Source: Alphaproteobacteria bacterium (GTDB lineage Bacteria; Pseudomonadota; Alphaproteobacteria; Rs-D84). From it: 64,000 nucleotides of DNA. The notes beneath the pieces are model-generated. The model had not been told where the DNA came from and did not search any database. It was given only the letters and a program-made list of their open reading frames with translations. Where the stretch lies: NCBI GenBank assembly GCA_015062485.1, contig SUUO01000005.1, positions 658 to 64,657 on the forward strand. The letters are read 5' to 3'. Shown here in pieces: positions 57,535-64,000 of the stretch. Made by a program: the position numbers and the translations under genes. Within the stretch, counting starts at the first letter, position 1. The number at the start of each line of letters is the position of its first letter.

Positions 57535-59920
57535 TTACAAAATTATTTCCGTACATTTTATACAACTCTTCGGCCAACAGAACGGACGAACGTCCCGATT
57601 CAAACAGGCGCAACATATTCCCCAGTCCCCCTAATTCTGTATTTAATATCACAGATTCTTGCGTAACCGGACGCGATAACAACACCGCACGTTTCAGATT
57701 TGGATACGCACGCCCTTGGATAAACGCCATTTCCAACGGATTTAAATTCCAGTGTTCATAATCACGCGCATCCGCCGCCGGATTACGGAAGAATAAAACA
57801 GTTTGTGCCTGGCCACGAACAACATCACCAATACCCAATTTATCCAGAACATTTGCACGCTGGAACGCCGCCATATATGCCTGGCGATTTTTGCGCCCCT
57901 CTTGCAGACCCGCGATAAAATTATCACGGAACATTTTGTTTTCAAGCATTGGCGCCGTTTCGTCAATCATAATCAGTGACGGATTCCCCCCCGCAACCGT
58001 TGTTGTGTTAATACGATGCAGAATATAAGAAATTACCGCGGGTGCTAAAACCTCGTCCTGTAAAATTTCTGTAAAATCAAACGTAGTCAGGCGAGATTGC
58101 AAATCCAACGTATCTTCTTTTTCATTAAACATAAACCCATATTGCAACGGATCAACCCACTTTTTCAGTGCCGGCCGCATATTTCCCGCGGACGAAAAAC
58201 AACTTTCCCACAGGTTGGTTAATAATCTATCTTTATCCCCCAGATAGTCAAAATTAACCGATACCGCGCGCGCAATTTCATCCATCGATGCTGAATCATT
58301 TTGCCCCGTAATAATTGAAAACCACCGACGCAAGAATGCACGATTTGCCGCACTGTCCGGCATTTTAAGCGGATTTAAATGTGTCTGGAACGAATTCGCC
58401 ATCGGGTCTGAATTTTTCTCTTTGCCCTGCATTGTGATATATTTTCCACCCACCGCCAGGGTAAATATCTCGGCCCCTTTGTTCCGGTCAAAGAAGAATG
58501 CTTTTAATTTCGGAAAACGCAAACTTTGCGCAATCAAGAACGAGAACAATGTCGTCTTACCGCCCCCGGTTGGCCCAATCGTCAGGGTATGTGCCACCGC
58601 GGCTGGCTTGTCAGATACATGGAATTGGAATTGATATGGCGTCCCTTGTGCGGTTGGGAAAATCACCAAGGGCCCCGGCCCCCAATCTGAATTTGCAACA
58701 CCGCGTGGCGTGCTGGACATTGGGATACTTATTGCGGCGGTACGTGATAACAACTTGAAACTGCGTGGGAACACATCAAATCCCGGAATTTGCGAGAACC
58801 AGGCCACCTTGCCCGCAAATGTTTCCACAACCGGCGAAATACCAAAAGATGCCGCAATTTTCTTAAATTCTGCGACATATTTTTGCAATTCTTCCATTGT
58901 TGCGCCAAAAATCAAGAACATCGGGTAATAACTTACCAATGTCTGATTTCCGGAAATATTTTCATCCATTGCGGATTCAACCGCATAAATCTGTTCTTCG
59001 GTTGATTTTTGAACTTTCTCATCGGCGGTTGAACGACGCTGACGAATTGTGGCCTCTACATCGGCCGCCCCCATAATTCCAAATCCATTCATACAAATCA
59101 TTTCTGTCTGAATAGTTGAAATGGTGTCATAAAACTCTTCGTCCAGATAGTCTGGCGAAATCTTAAAAGACATTGCCGCGGCAAAAGATTGCGCCCCACC
59201 ACTTATATATCTGATAACACCATCACGCAAAAATTCAACATCATCAACCGTCACCAGATTTGAAATATTGTTATTACAGGTCTTTGGTTGCGGCTTACTG
59301 ATTGGGGATAAAATACGGCCAAAGAAACGCGCCATATTATCGGGCGTATTATTTTTAAGAACCGTTGGCTTGTACGCGGCCAGAATTGATTCAATATAGT
59401 TTCCATATTGATTTAATTTTGCACGCGCGTCGCCACCCGCAACCGATATAACAATATAATAATTATTTAAAAATATGCGCAGGCCCTGACTTTTCCATTT
59501 ATCATAAATCCGCTGTAATGTTGGCTGATCAAATTCATAGTTTGTATTTTCATCCACCGCATCACGCACGGTATAAAACCGCAACGTAACATTTGGGTCA
59601 CGAATTTGGTTAAAAAGTTGCGTCCGCAAATCCAGGAATTTTGCCTTTGTCTCGTCATCTTGCATACTGGTCTGCACACCCTGAACCCGATATGCCCGAA
59701 TAAGTGTTCCATCCGTCAATTCAATCGAGTTATCTGAATACACGGTTTTAAACGGCAAATAATTTGCATATTTTGCATATCCAAATTTTGGAAATATCTT
59801 TCGCGTTAATGCCGGCACATACATCATCAGCCCCAGGAATACCACCAACACCATCATAACCATAATGGTTGTTGTAACCGTAAATTCACCGCCTGCAAAA
59901 TATTCAAAGAAATTATTCAT
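57500..59920 (-). CDS. virB4: Type IV secretion system ATPase VirB4
   Basis: 806 aa. Walker A GPTGGGKTT, Walker B LIMIDE, and a VirB4/TrbE-like N-domain. Confidence 0.9.
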   Translation of the reverse strand: MNNFFEYFAGGEFTVTTTIMVMMVLVVFLGLMMYVPALTRKIFPKFGYAKYANYLPFKTVYSDNSIELTDGTLIRAYRVQGVQTSMQDDETKAKFLDLRTQLFNQIRDPNVTLRFYTVRDAVDENTNYEFDQPTLQRIYDKWKSQGLRIFLNNYYIVISVAGGDARAKLNQYGNYIESILAAYKPTVLKNNTPDNMARFFGRILSPISKPQPKTCNNNISNLVTVDDVEFLRDGVIRYISGGAQSFAAAMSFKISPDYLDEEFYDTISTIQTEMICMNGFGIMGAADVEATIRQRRSTADEKVQKSTEEQIYAVESAMDENISGNQTLVSYYPMFLIFGATMEELQKYVAEFKKIAASFGISPVVETFAGKVAWFSQIPGFDVFPRSFKLLSRTAAISIPMSSTPRGVANSDWGPGPLVIFPTAQGTPYQFQFHVSDKPAAVAHTLTIGPTGGGKTTLFSFLIAQSLRFPKLKAFFFDRNKGAEIFTLAVGGKYITMQGKEKNSDPMANSFQTHLNPLKMPDSAANRAFLRRWFSIITGQNDSASMDEIARAVSVNFDYLGDKDRLLTNLWESCFSSAGNMRPALKKWVDPLQYGFMFNEKEDTLDLQSRLTTFDFTEILQDEVLAPAVISYILHRINTTTVAGGNPSLIMIDETAPMLENKMFRDNFIAGLQEGRKNRQAYMAAFQRANVLDKLGIGDVVRGQAQTVLFFRNPAADARDYEHWNLNPLEMAFIQGRAYPNLKRAVLLSRPVTQESVILNTELGGLGNMLRLFESGRSSVLLAEELYKMYGNNFVNEYLKKQGALD

Positions 59921-59930
59921 TTTTCTAAAC

Positions 59931-60227
59931 CTATGCCGCCAATTTGTTTGGGATTTTCTTCTTCATCAATTGTATTTTTGCCGAAATTATCTGTCCAATT
60001 TGTGGGTCACGCTTGGAATAAATCGCCAATATAGAATGCACAATAATAACCGAGATTAAGAAATAAAGCGGACTAACCTCTGAATCAGTGCCGTAAATCA
60101 ACAAACTGGCCACGAAAATAACGATAAAAATAATGAATTGAACCGCAAAGTTAAGCACGGCCAACGAATACGGCACATAAAATATGCGCGACGGGTTCGC
60201 CAAAGCCTTTAAAACTTGCTGTTTCAT
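59931..60227 (-). CDS. virB3: Type IV secretion system protein VirB3
   Basis: 98 aa with two TM segments, directly upstream of virB4. The N-terminus LKALANPSRIFYVPYSLAVLNF is VirB3-like. Confidence 0.75.
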   Translation of the reverse strand: MKQQVLKALANPSRIFYVPYSLAVLNFAVQFIIFIVIFVASLLIYGTDSEVSPLYFLISVIIVHSILAIYSKRDPQIGQIISAKIQLMKKKIPNKLAA

Positions 60228-60251
60228 CTCTCTTGTCCCTTATGTAATTGA

Positions 60252-60280
60252 ATTATAACAATTTCAACAATTTTCAACAA
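60252..60280 (-). promoter_or_regulatory. Predicted virB3 promoter overlapped by two tandem 9-mers
   Basis: On the minus strand, TTGTTG-17 nt-TATAAT. The -35 and the spacer are formed by TGTTGAAAA repeats. Confidence 0.45.
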
Positions 60281-60455
60281 GCATAAAAACATCCACAAAA
60301 AAATTGTTAATAGTGTTGAAAACTCTGTATTTTTCAACTGTTAAATTAACAGGGGGATTTTTCAACATCTGCCACACAGCACCGCGGAAAACTGGGATTT
60401 TTTTGTTAAAAACCGGTTGATAAAAAGTGAACAACCGTTTTCAACATTTTCAACA
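60262..60455 (+). repeat. Array of seven TTTTCAACA-type 9-mers (six direct, one inverted)
   Basis: Copies at 60262-69, 60271-79, 60315-23 (inverted), 60331-38, 60358-67, 60438-46 and 60447-55. Confidence 0.85.
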
Positions 60456-60489
60456 GGCCCTACAAAAACAACAAAAATAATATTATTAT

Positions 60490-60517
60490 TTGATTTTTCA
60501 CAAAAAGTGTTTATAAT
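60490..60517 (+). promoter_or_regulatory. Predicted rpmJ promoter
   Basis: TTGATT-16 nt-TATAAT. Confidence 0.55.
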
Positions 60518-60542
60518 ACCCACCGTACCAAAGGATTAAGAC

Positions 60543-60677
60543 ATGAAATTTTTAAGTTCATTAAAGGCTTGGAAAAAACGCGGAAACGTAAAACAGATCC
60601 GTCGTGGCAAGCAGGTAATCTTAATCGATCCAGATAATCCAAAGTTCAAAGCGAAACAGGGTTTCAAAAGAAAATAA
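60543..60677 (+). CDS. rpmJ: 50S ribosomal protein L36 (bL36, non-zinc type B form)
   Basis: This 44-aa ORF is missing from the ORF track. MKFLSSLKAWKKRGNVKQIRRGKQVILIDPDNPKFKAKQGFKRK resembles YkgO/alphaproteobacterial L36. RBS is aagga. Confidence 0.8.
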   Translation: MKFLSSLKAWKKRGNVKQIRRGKQVILIDPDNPKFKAKQGFKRK

Positions 60678-60701
60678 GATTAAGTTCGAATTAAGACCGA
60701 T

Positions 60702-60728
60702 AAAAAATCCCCGATTGGGGTTTTTTTA
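60702..60728 (+). terminator. Intrinsic terminator
   Basis: aaaatcccc-gatt-ggggttttttt. Confidence 0.65.
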
Positions 60729-60834
60729 TTATCCCATCCGCCCCCAGTATCTGTCCCCTTAACACCCCCCCGTCATCACCGTGCGAACCCTACACACTCT
60801 CGTCATCCCGGCGCAGGCCGGGATCCGCCCTATT

Positions 60835-60866
60835 GTCATCCCGTGGCTTGACCACGGGACCCAGGT
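60835..60866 (+). repeat. Left 32-bp inverted repeat flanking the GIY-YIG gene
   Basis: gtcatcccgtggcttgaccacgggacccaggt, which is itself a hairpin (cccgtgg/ccacggg). Confidence 0.9.
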
Positions 60867-60882
60867 AATATATTCTTATTAT

Positions 60883-61191
60883 ATGTCTTTTGTTCAAAAA
60901 TATTATTATGTCTATATCCTGGCCAGTTCGCAAAATGGAACACTGTACATTGGTGTGACAAATGATTTGTCGCGACGTGTTTATGAACATAAATGTCATA
61001 TAGTCCCCGGATTTACAGATAAATACAATGTAGACCGTTTGGTCTATTATGAGCGTTTTGATGATATTAGGGATGCAATACGTCACGAAAAAAGATTAAA
61101 AGAATGGAAGCGTAATTGGAAAAAAGATTTAATTGAAAAATATAATCCAGATTGGCGTGATTTATACTATGATTTAAATAGTTTATTATAA
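60883..61191 (+). CDS. GIY-YIG nuclease-family protein (UPF0213-like)
   Basis: YYVYILAS.QNGTLYIGVTNDL.RRV.EHK and R.A...EK.LK.W.R..K. The ATG at 60883 is preferred, because the upstream in-frame codons translate repeat DNA. Confidence 0.85.
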   Translation: MSFVQKYYYVYILASSQNGTLYIGVTNDLSRRVYEHKCHIVPGFTDKYNVDRLVYYERFDDIRDAIRHEKRLKEWKRNWKKDLIEKYNPDWRDLYYDLNSLL

Positions 61192-61200
61192 TTTGAAAAC

Positions 61201-61232
61201 ACCTGGATCCCGTGGTCAAGCCACGGGATGAC
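61201..61232 (+). repeat. Right 32-bp inverted repeat
   Basis: acctggatcccgtggtcaagccacgggatgac is the reverse complement of the left copy, with 1 mismatch. Confidence 0.9.
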
Positions 61233-61460
61233 AACGATTTAAAACCCTACATTTTTATCCATTGAATAAATCTAGTATTTACTATACAATTCACCTTGAA
61301 TTCACAGGGATGTGGGTTCGGGGCTGTCGTAAGCCTACTTTATCCGGTGTAATTATACACTGTTCTCCCCCGACTTTGGTCGGGGAGCTGTTGATATATA
61401 AAATACAGGAAACTGAAAAATCAGCAGAATCAATGATAAAGTGATTTACGAACTCCCCGA

Positions 61461-61485
61461 CCGTCAATTTTATGACGGTTTTTTA
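61461..61485 (+). terminator. Intrinsic terminator immediately upstream of the OMP gene RBS
   Basis: ccgtca-atttta-tgacgg followed by a T6 run. Confidence 0.65.
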
Positions 61486-61507
61486 TAATAAATCAAAGGA
61501 GTTTAAA

Positions 61508-62077
61508 ATGAAAAAAATTTCATTAATTGCAGCGTTGTCTTTACTACCAATTGCTTCATTTGCAGAAGAAACAAAAACTTTAAATCCACGTTTTTTTGTA
61601 GAATATGGTGTTAGTTTATATTCTAATTCATCAACAGAAATTAAATTTAATGGTGAAAAAGCGGGCGAAGCAGATACATCAGAATTTAATGGTGGTGGGA
61701 CCGCATATATGGGCGTAGATTTTAATGGTATTCAATTAGGTATAGCACCAGAATATGCAGAATCAGATACAGAAGAATTGCTGGGATTTAATGTTCGTGC
61801 TGTTGTACCATTCATGGATGGAAATGTCCAACCTTATGTTTCAGCAGAACTTGGTTTTGCAAATATGGAATATAATGACGGTGGTATCAAATTTGATGAT
61901 ACTGCGTTTGCATATGGGATTGGTGCCGGTGTTAAATACAGTTTTAATGATAATATGAATATTAAATTTGGACTTGAATATCATTCTATGAACTTTGAAA
62001 CAGATATTGAAGGCTTTGAATACGAAACAGATATGTCTGGTTTTGCATTTATAAGTAGTATAGGGTACCGTTTCTAA
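61508..62077 (+). CDS. Small outer-membrane beta-barrel protein
   Basis: Signal peptide MKKISLIAALSLLPIASFA, strand pattern, and a terminal GYRF. Paralogous in style to 52967-53542. Confidence 0.65.
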   Translation: MKKISLIAALSLLPIASFAEETKTLNPRFFVEYGVSLYSNSSTEIKFNGEKAGEADTSEFNGGGTAYMGVDFNGIQLGIAPEYAESDTEELLGFNVRAVVPFMDGNVQPYVSAELGFANMEYNDGGIKFDDTAFAYGIGAGVKYSFNDNMNIKFGLEYHSMNFETDIEGFEYETDMSGFAFISSIGYRF

Positions 62078-62082
62078 ATAAT

Positions 62083-62116
62083 AAAAAAAAACACCGGCAT
62101 TTGCCGGTGTTTTTAT
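62083..62116 (+). terminator. Intrinsic terminator
   Basis: acaccggca/tgccggtgt stem followed by a T5 run. Confidence 0.8.
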
Positions 62117-62222
62117 TAATTACTAATCACTTAATTGTTAAACAATAAATGACAAATTAAGAAATAATATATAAAAAAAAAGAACCTAAAAAGGTTCTAA
62201 AAAAACGGCAAAAGCCGTTTTT

Positions 62223-63302
62223 TTAATTATTAAACAAGAAATGGCAAATGTCGCCGTTTTGCATAACGTAATCACGCCCCACCAGGCGCATTTTACCCGC
62301 TTCTTTTACGGCAACCTCGCCACCGAGGGCGATATAATCTGCGGGTGAAATAACCTCGGCCCGGATAAAGCCCTTTTCAAAATCGGTGTGGATTTTTCCG
62401 GCCGCCTGGGGCGCGGTCATACCAACCGTGATTGTCCAGGCGTGTGCTTCCTTTGGGCCGATTGTGTAATATGTTTGCAGGCCCAATGTTTTATAACCGG
62501 TCTTTATAACCTGGTCCAGGCCGGATTCAGTCAATCCCAAATCGTCCAGGAACATTTTTCTTTCGTCCACGTCAACAATTTGTGAAATTTCCATTTCAAT
62601 CTTTGATGAAATAACCAAAACATCGGCAACCGATCCAAATTTTTCACGAACCATATCGGAATATTTGTTGCCGGTGGCCGCGGCCGCTTCTTCGACATTA
62701 CAAACATAGATAACCGGCTTTGCGGTTAATAAATTAAAAGGCGCCGCATCAATATCACCATCGCGTGCCGGAATTGATTTTTCCAGATTGGATTTAATTG
62801 CATTTGCATCCGCCAATAATTTTGCCGCATCTTTATCCAAGCCGCGTGCCTTTTTTTCCAGGTTTTTAATCTGTTTTTCCAGGCTTTCCATATCCGCCAG
62901 CATTAATTCCGTTTCAATTGTTTCAATATCGCCCAATGGGTCAATTTTTCCATTAACGTGCACAATATCATCGTTTTCAAAGCAGCGAACAACGTGAATA
63001 ATTGCATCTGTTGATAAAATATTACCCAAGAATTTATTTCCCAATCCTTCGCCGGCCGACGCCCCCTTTACCAAACCCGCGATATCAACAATTTCCAGTT
63101 GTGTTGGAATGATTTTTTGAGAGCCCGCAACACGCGCCAATTCGTGCAACGTCGCGTCCGGCACAACAACGCGCCCTGTATTCGGTTCGATTGTACAGAA
63201 TGGATAGTTTTGTGCGTCTGCGGCCGCACTTTGTGTTAATGCATTAAACAGTGTTGATTTACCAACGTTTGGCAACCCAACAATTCCACAATTGAATCCC
63301 AT
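62223..63302 (-). CDS. ychF: Redox-regulated ribosome-binding ATPase YchF
   Basis: GIVGLPNVGKSTLFNALT, a coiled-coil insert, and a TGS-like C-terminus (..GD.CHFLFN). Confidence 0.95.
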   Translation of the reverse strand: MGFNCGIVGLPNVGKSTLFNALTQSAAADAQNYPFCTIEPNTGRVVVPDATLHELARVAGSQKIIPTQLEIVDIAGLVKGASAGEGLGNKFLGNILSTDAIIHVVRCFENDDIVHVNGKIDPLGDIETIETELMLADMESLEKQIKNLEKKARGLDKDAAKLLADANAIKSNLEKSIPARDGDIDAAPFNLLTAKPVIYVCNVEEAAAATGNKYSDMVREKFGSVADVLVISSKIEMEISQIVDVDERKMFLDDLGLTESGLDQVIKTGYKTLGLQTYYTIGPKEAHAWTITVGMTAPQAAGKIHTDFEKGFIRAEVISPADYIALGGEVAVKEAGKMRLVGRDYVMQNGDICHFLFNN

Positions 63303-63329
63303 AACTAAATCCTTTATAATGTGGATAAT

Positions 63330-64000
63330 ATGTCATACATGTGGAATGAATTCAATATAAAAACCTTTCCCGCGGAAACAATTGTTTACCGTGATGGCGA
63401 ATATTGTCCGGACCTGTCGACGATAAAAGCCGGCCAAATCGATAAAAAATACGATTTGCCGGTACATATAATATACGTTGGTGAAATTTCAGAAACCAAA
63501 GAATTAAATATTGAAATAAATATTGAAAATCAACCGGTGTTTTTATCGGTTGATGTAAAAAATAAAAAGCCGGCCTTTTTGAATATTTTTATCAAAAACA
63601 CCGGGAAAAATTCTGAATTACGTGGTCACGTTTTTGTTGAAAACTTTGACCGGTTGGATTTAGATATAAATGCCGGCCATTTGTGCGAAAACACCGGTAT
63701 TTTAGTACATACAAAACTGATTGCGCATAAAAATACATATTCCAAGTTAACGGGAAATGCCAAAATTGCCGGTAATTGCCGGGAATGTACATCGGATATC
63801 GGCTTTTGTGCCATTGCCGATGAAACGGCAAAAATAGAGTTTTTACCGGCACAATTTATAAAGTCAGAACCAAAATCGGCCGAACATTCTGCGTCAATTT
63901 ACCGGCAAACACCGGCACAAATTCAGTTTTTAAGAATGGCGGGCCTGTCAACCGCCGAAATTCGTGATGTGGCATTTGAATCATTTAAAAATGATTTTTC
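63330..64000 (+). CDS. SufD-like Fe-S cluster assembly protein, 3' end outside the window; appears N-terminally short
   Basis: Open to the window edge and absent from the ORF track. Beta-helix-like repeats, then ...AEHSASIYRQTPAQIQFLRMAGLSTAEIRDVAFESF, matching the SufB/D C-terminal motif. Confidence 0.55.
   Translation, partial: MSYMWNEFNIKTFPAETIVYRDGEYCPDLSTIKAGQIDKKYDLPVHIIYVGEISETKELNIEINIENQPVFLSVDVKNKKPAFLNIFIKNTGKNSELRGHVFVENFDRLDLDINAGHLCENTGILVHTKLIAHKNTYSKLTGNAKIAGNCRECTSDIGFCAIADETAKIEFLPAQFIKSEPKSAEHSASIYRQTPAQIQFLRMAGLSTAEIRDVAFESFKNDF

Noticed and set aside
60228-60542. CRISPR array or chromosomal origin (oriC), suggested by the repeated 9-mers.
   Set aside because: The repeats are only 9 nt long, irregularly spaced, and have no spacer structure, so this is not a CRISPR array. 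Each 9-mer differs from the DnaA box at two positions, and the flanking genes (virB3, rpmJ) are not typical origin neighbours. I therefore did not call oriC. It is kept as a regulatory-array finding.
60781-60882. N-terminal 34-aa extension of the GIY-YIG ORF (MRTLHTLVIPAQAGIRPIVIPWLDHGTQ...).
   Set aside because: These codons translate palindromic repeat DNA (the left inverted repeat and a related hairpin). The conserved GIY-YIG domain starts right after the ATG at 60883.

Overview
The window looks like chromosomal DNA from an alphaproteobacterium, possibly an intracellular Rickettsiales/Holosporales-like lineage (inference from gene content only). Most of it is housekeeping: ruvA/ruvC, mnmE, secB, mltA, addB-like, engB, rsmI, an lpoA-like gene, ftsQ/ftsA, lolCD, tsaE, uvrB, aspS, ung, gyrB, lpxC/lpxK, rfbBDCA, rpmJ and ychF, plus five tRNA genes. 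The main accessory feature is a visibly AT-rich insertion of about 6.9 kb in a tRNA(CAU) gene (30.6-37.5 kb). It is bounded by a perfect 27-nt direct repeat and has no recombinase gene. It carries a RelE/ParE-type toxin-antitoxin pair, an HsdR-N-type PD-(D/E)xK protein, and a roughly 1,500-aa DUF4011-like / SF1 helicase / Vsr(DUF559)-like nuclease. This is my best candidate for an uncharacterised defence system. Other items worth a second look are listed here.
- An in-frame FtsA::ribulose-phosphate-3-epimerase fusion.
- A pilin-less type IVb-pilus-like gene block next to tRNA-Thr, with a secretin-like lipoprotein 27 kb away.
- A virB3-virB4 islet whose upstream region holds seven copies of TTTTCAACA.
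- A 1:2/2:3/3:4 attenuator-like leader upstream of a small XRE regulator, beside a RusA-fold orphan operon.
- A GIY-YIG gene framed by 32-bp inverted repeats.
- A duplicated 3' end of tRNA-Tyr.
- Ten-bp phased CAAAGG repeats inside the island arm.

All calls come from reading the sequence and the ORF translations. No database search was run.
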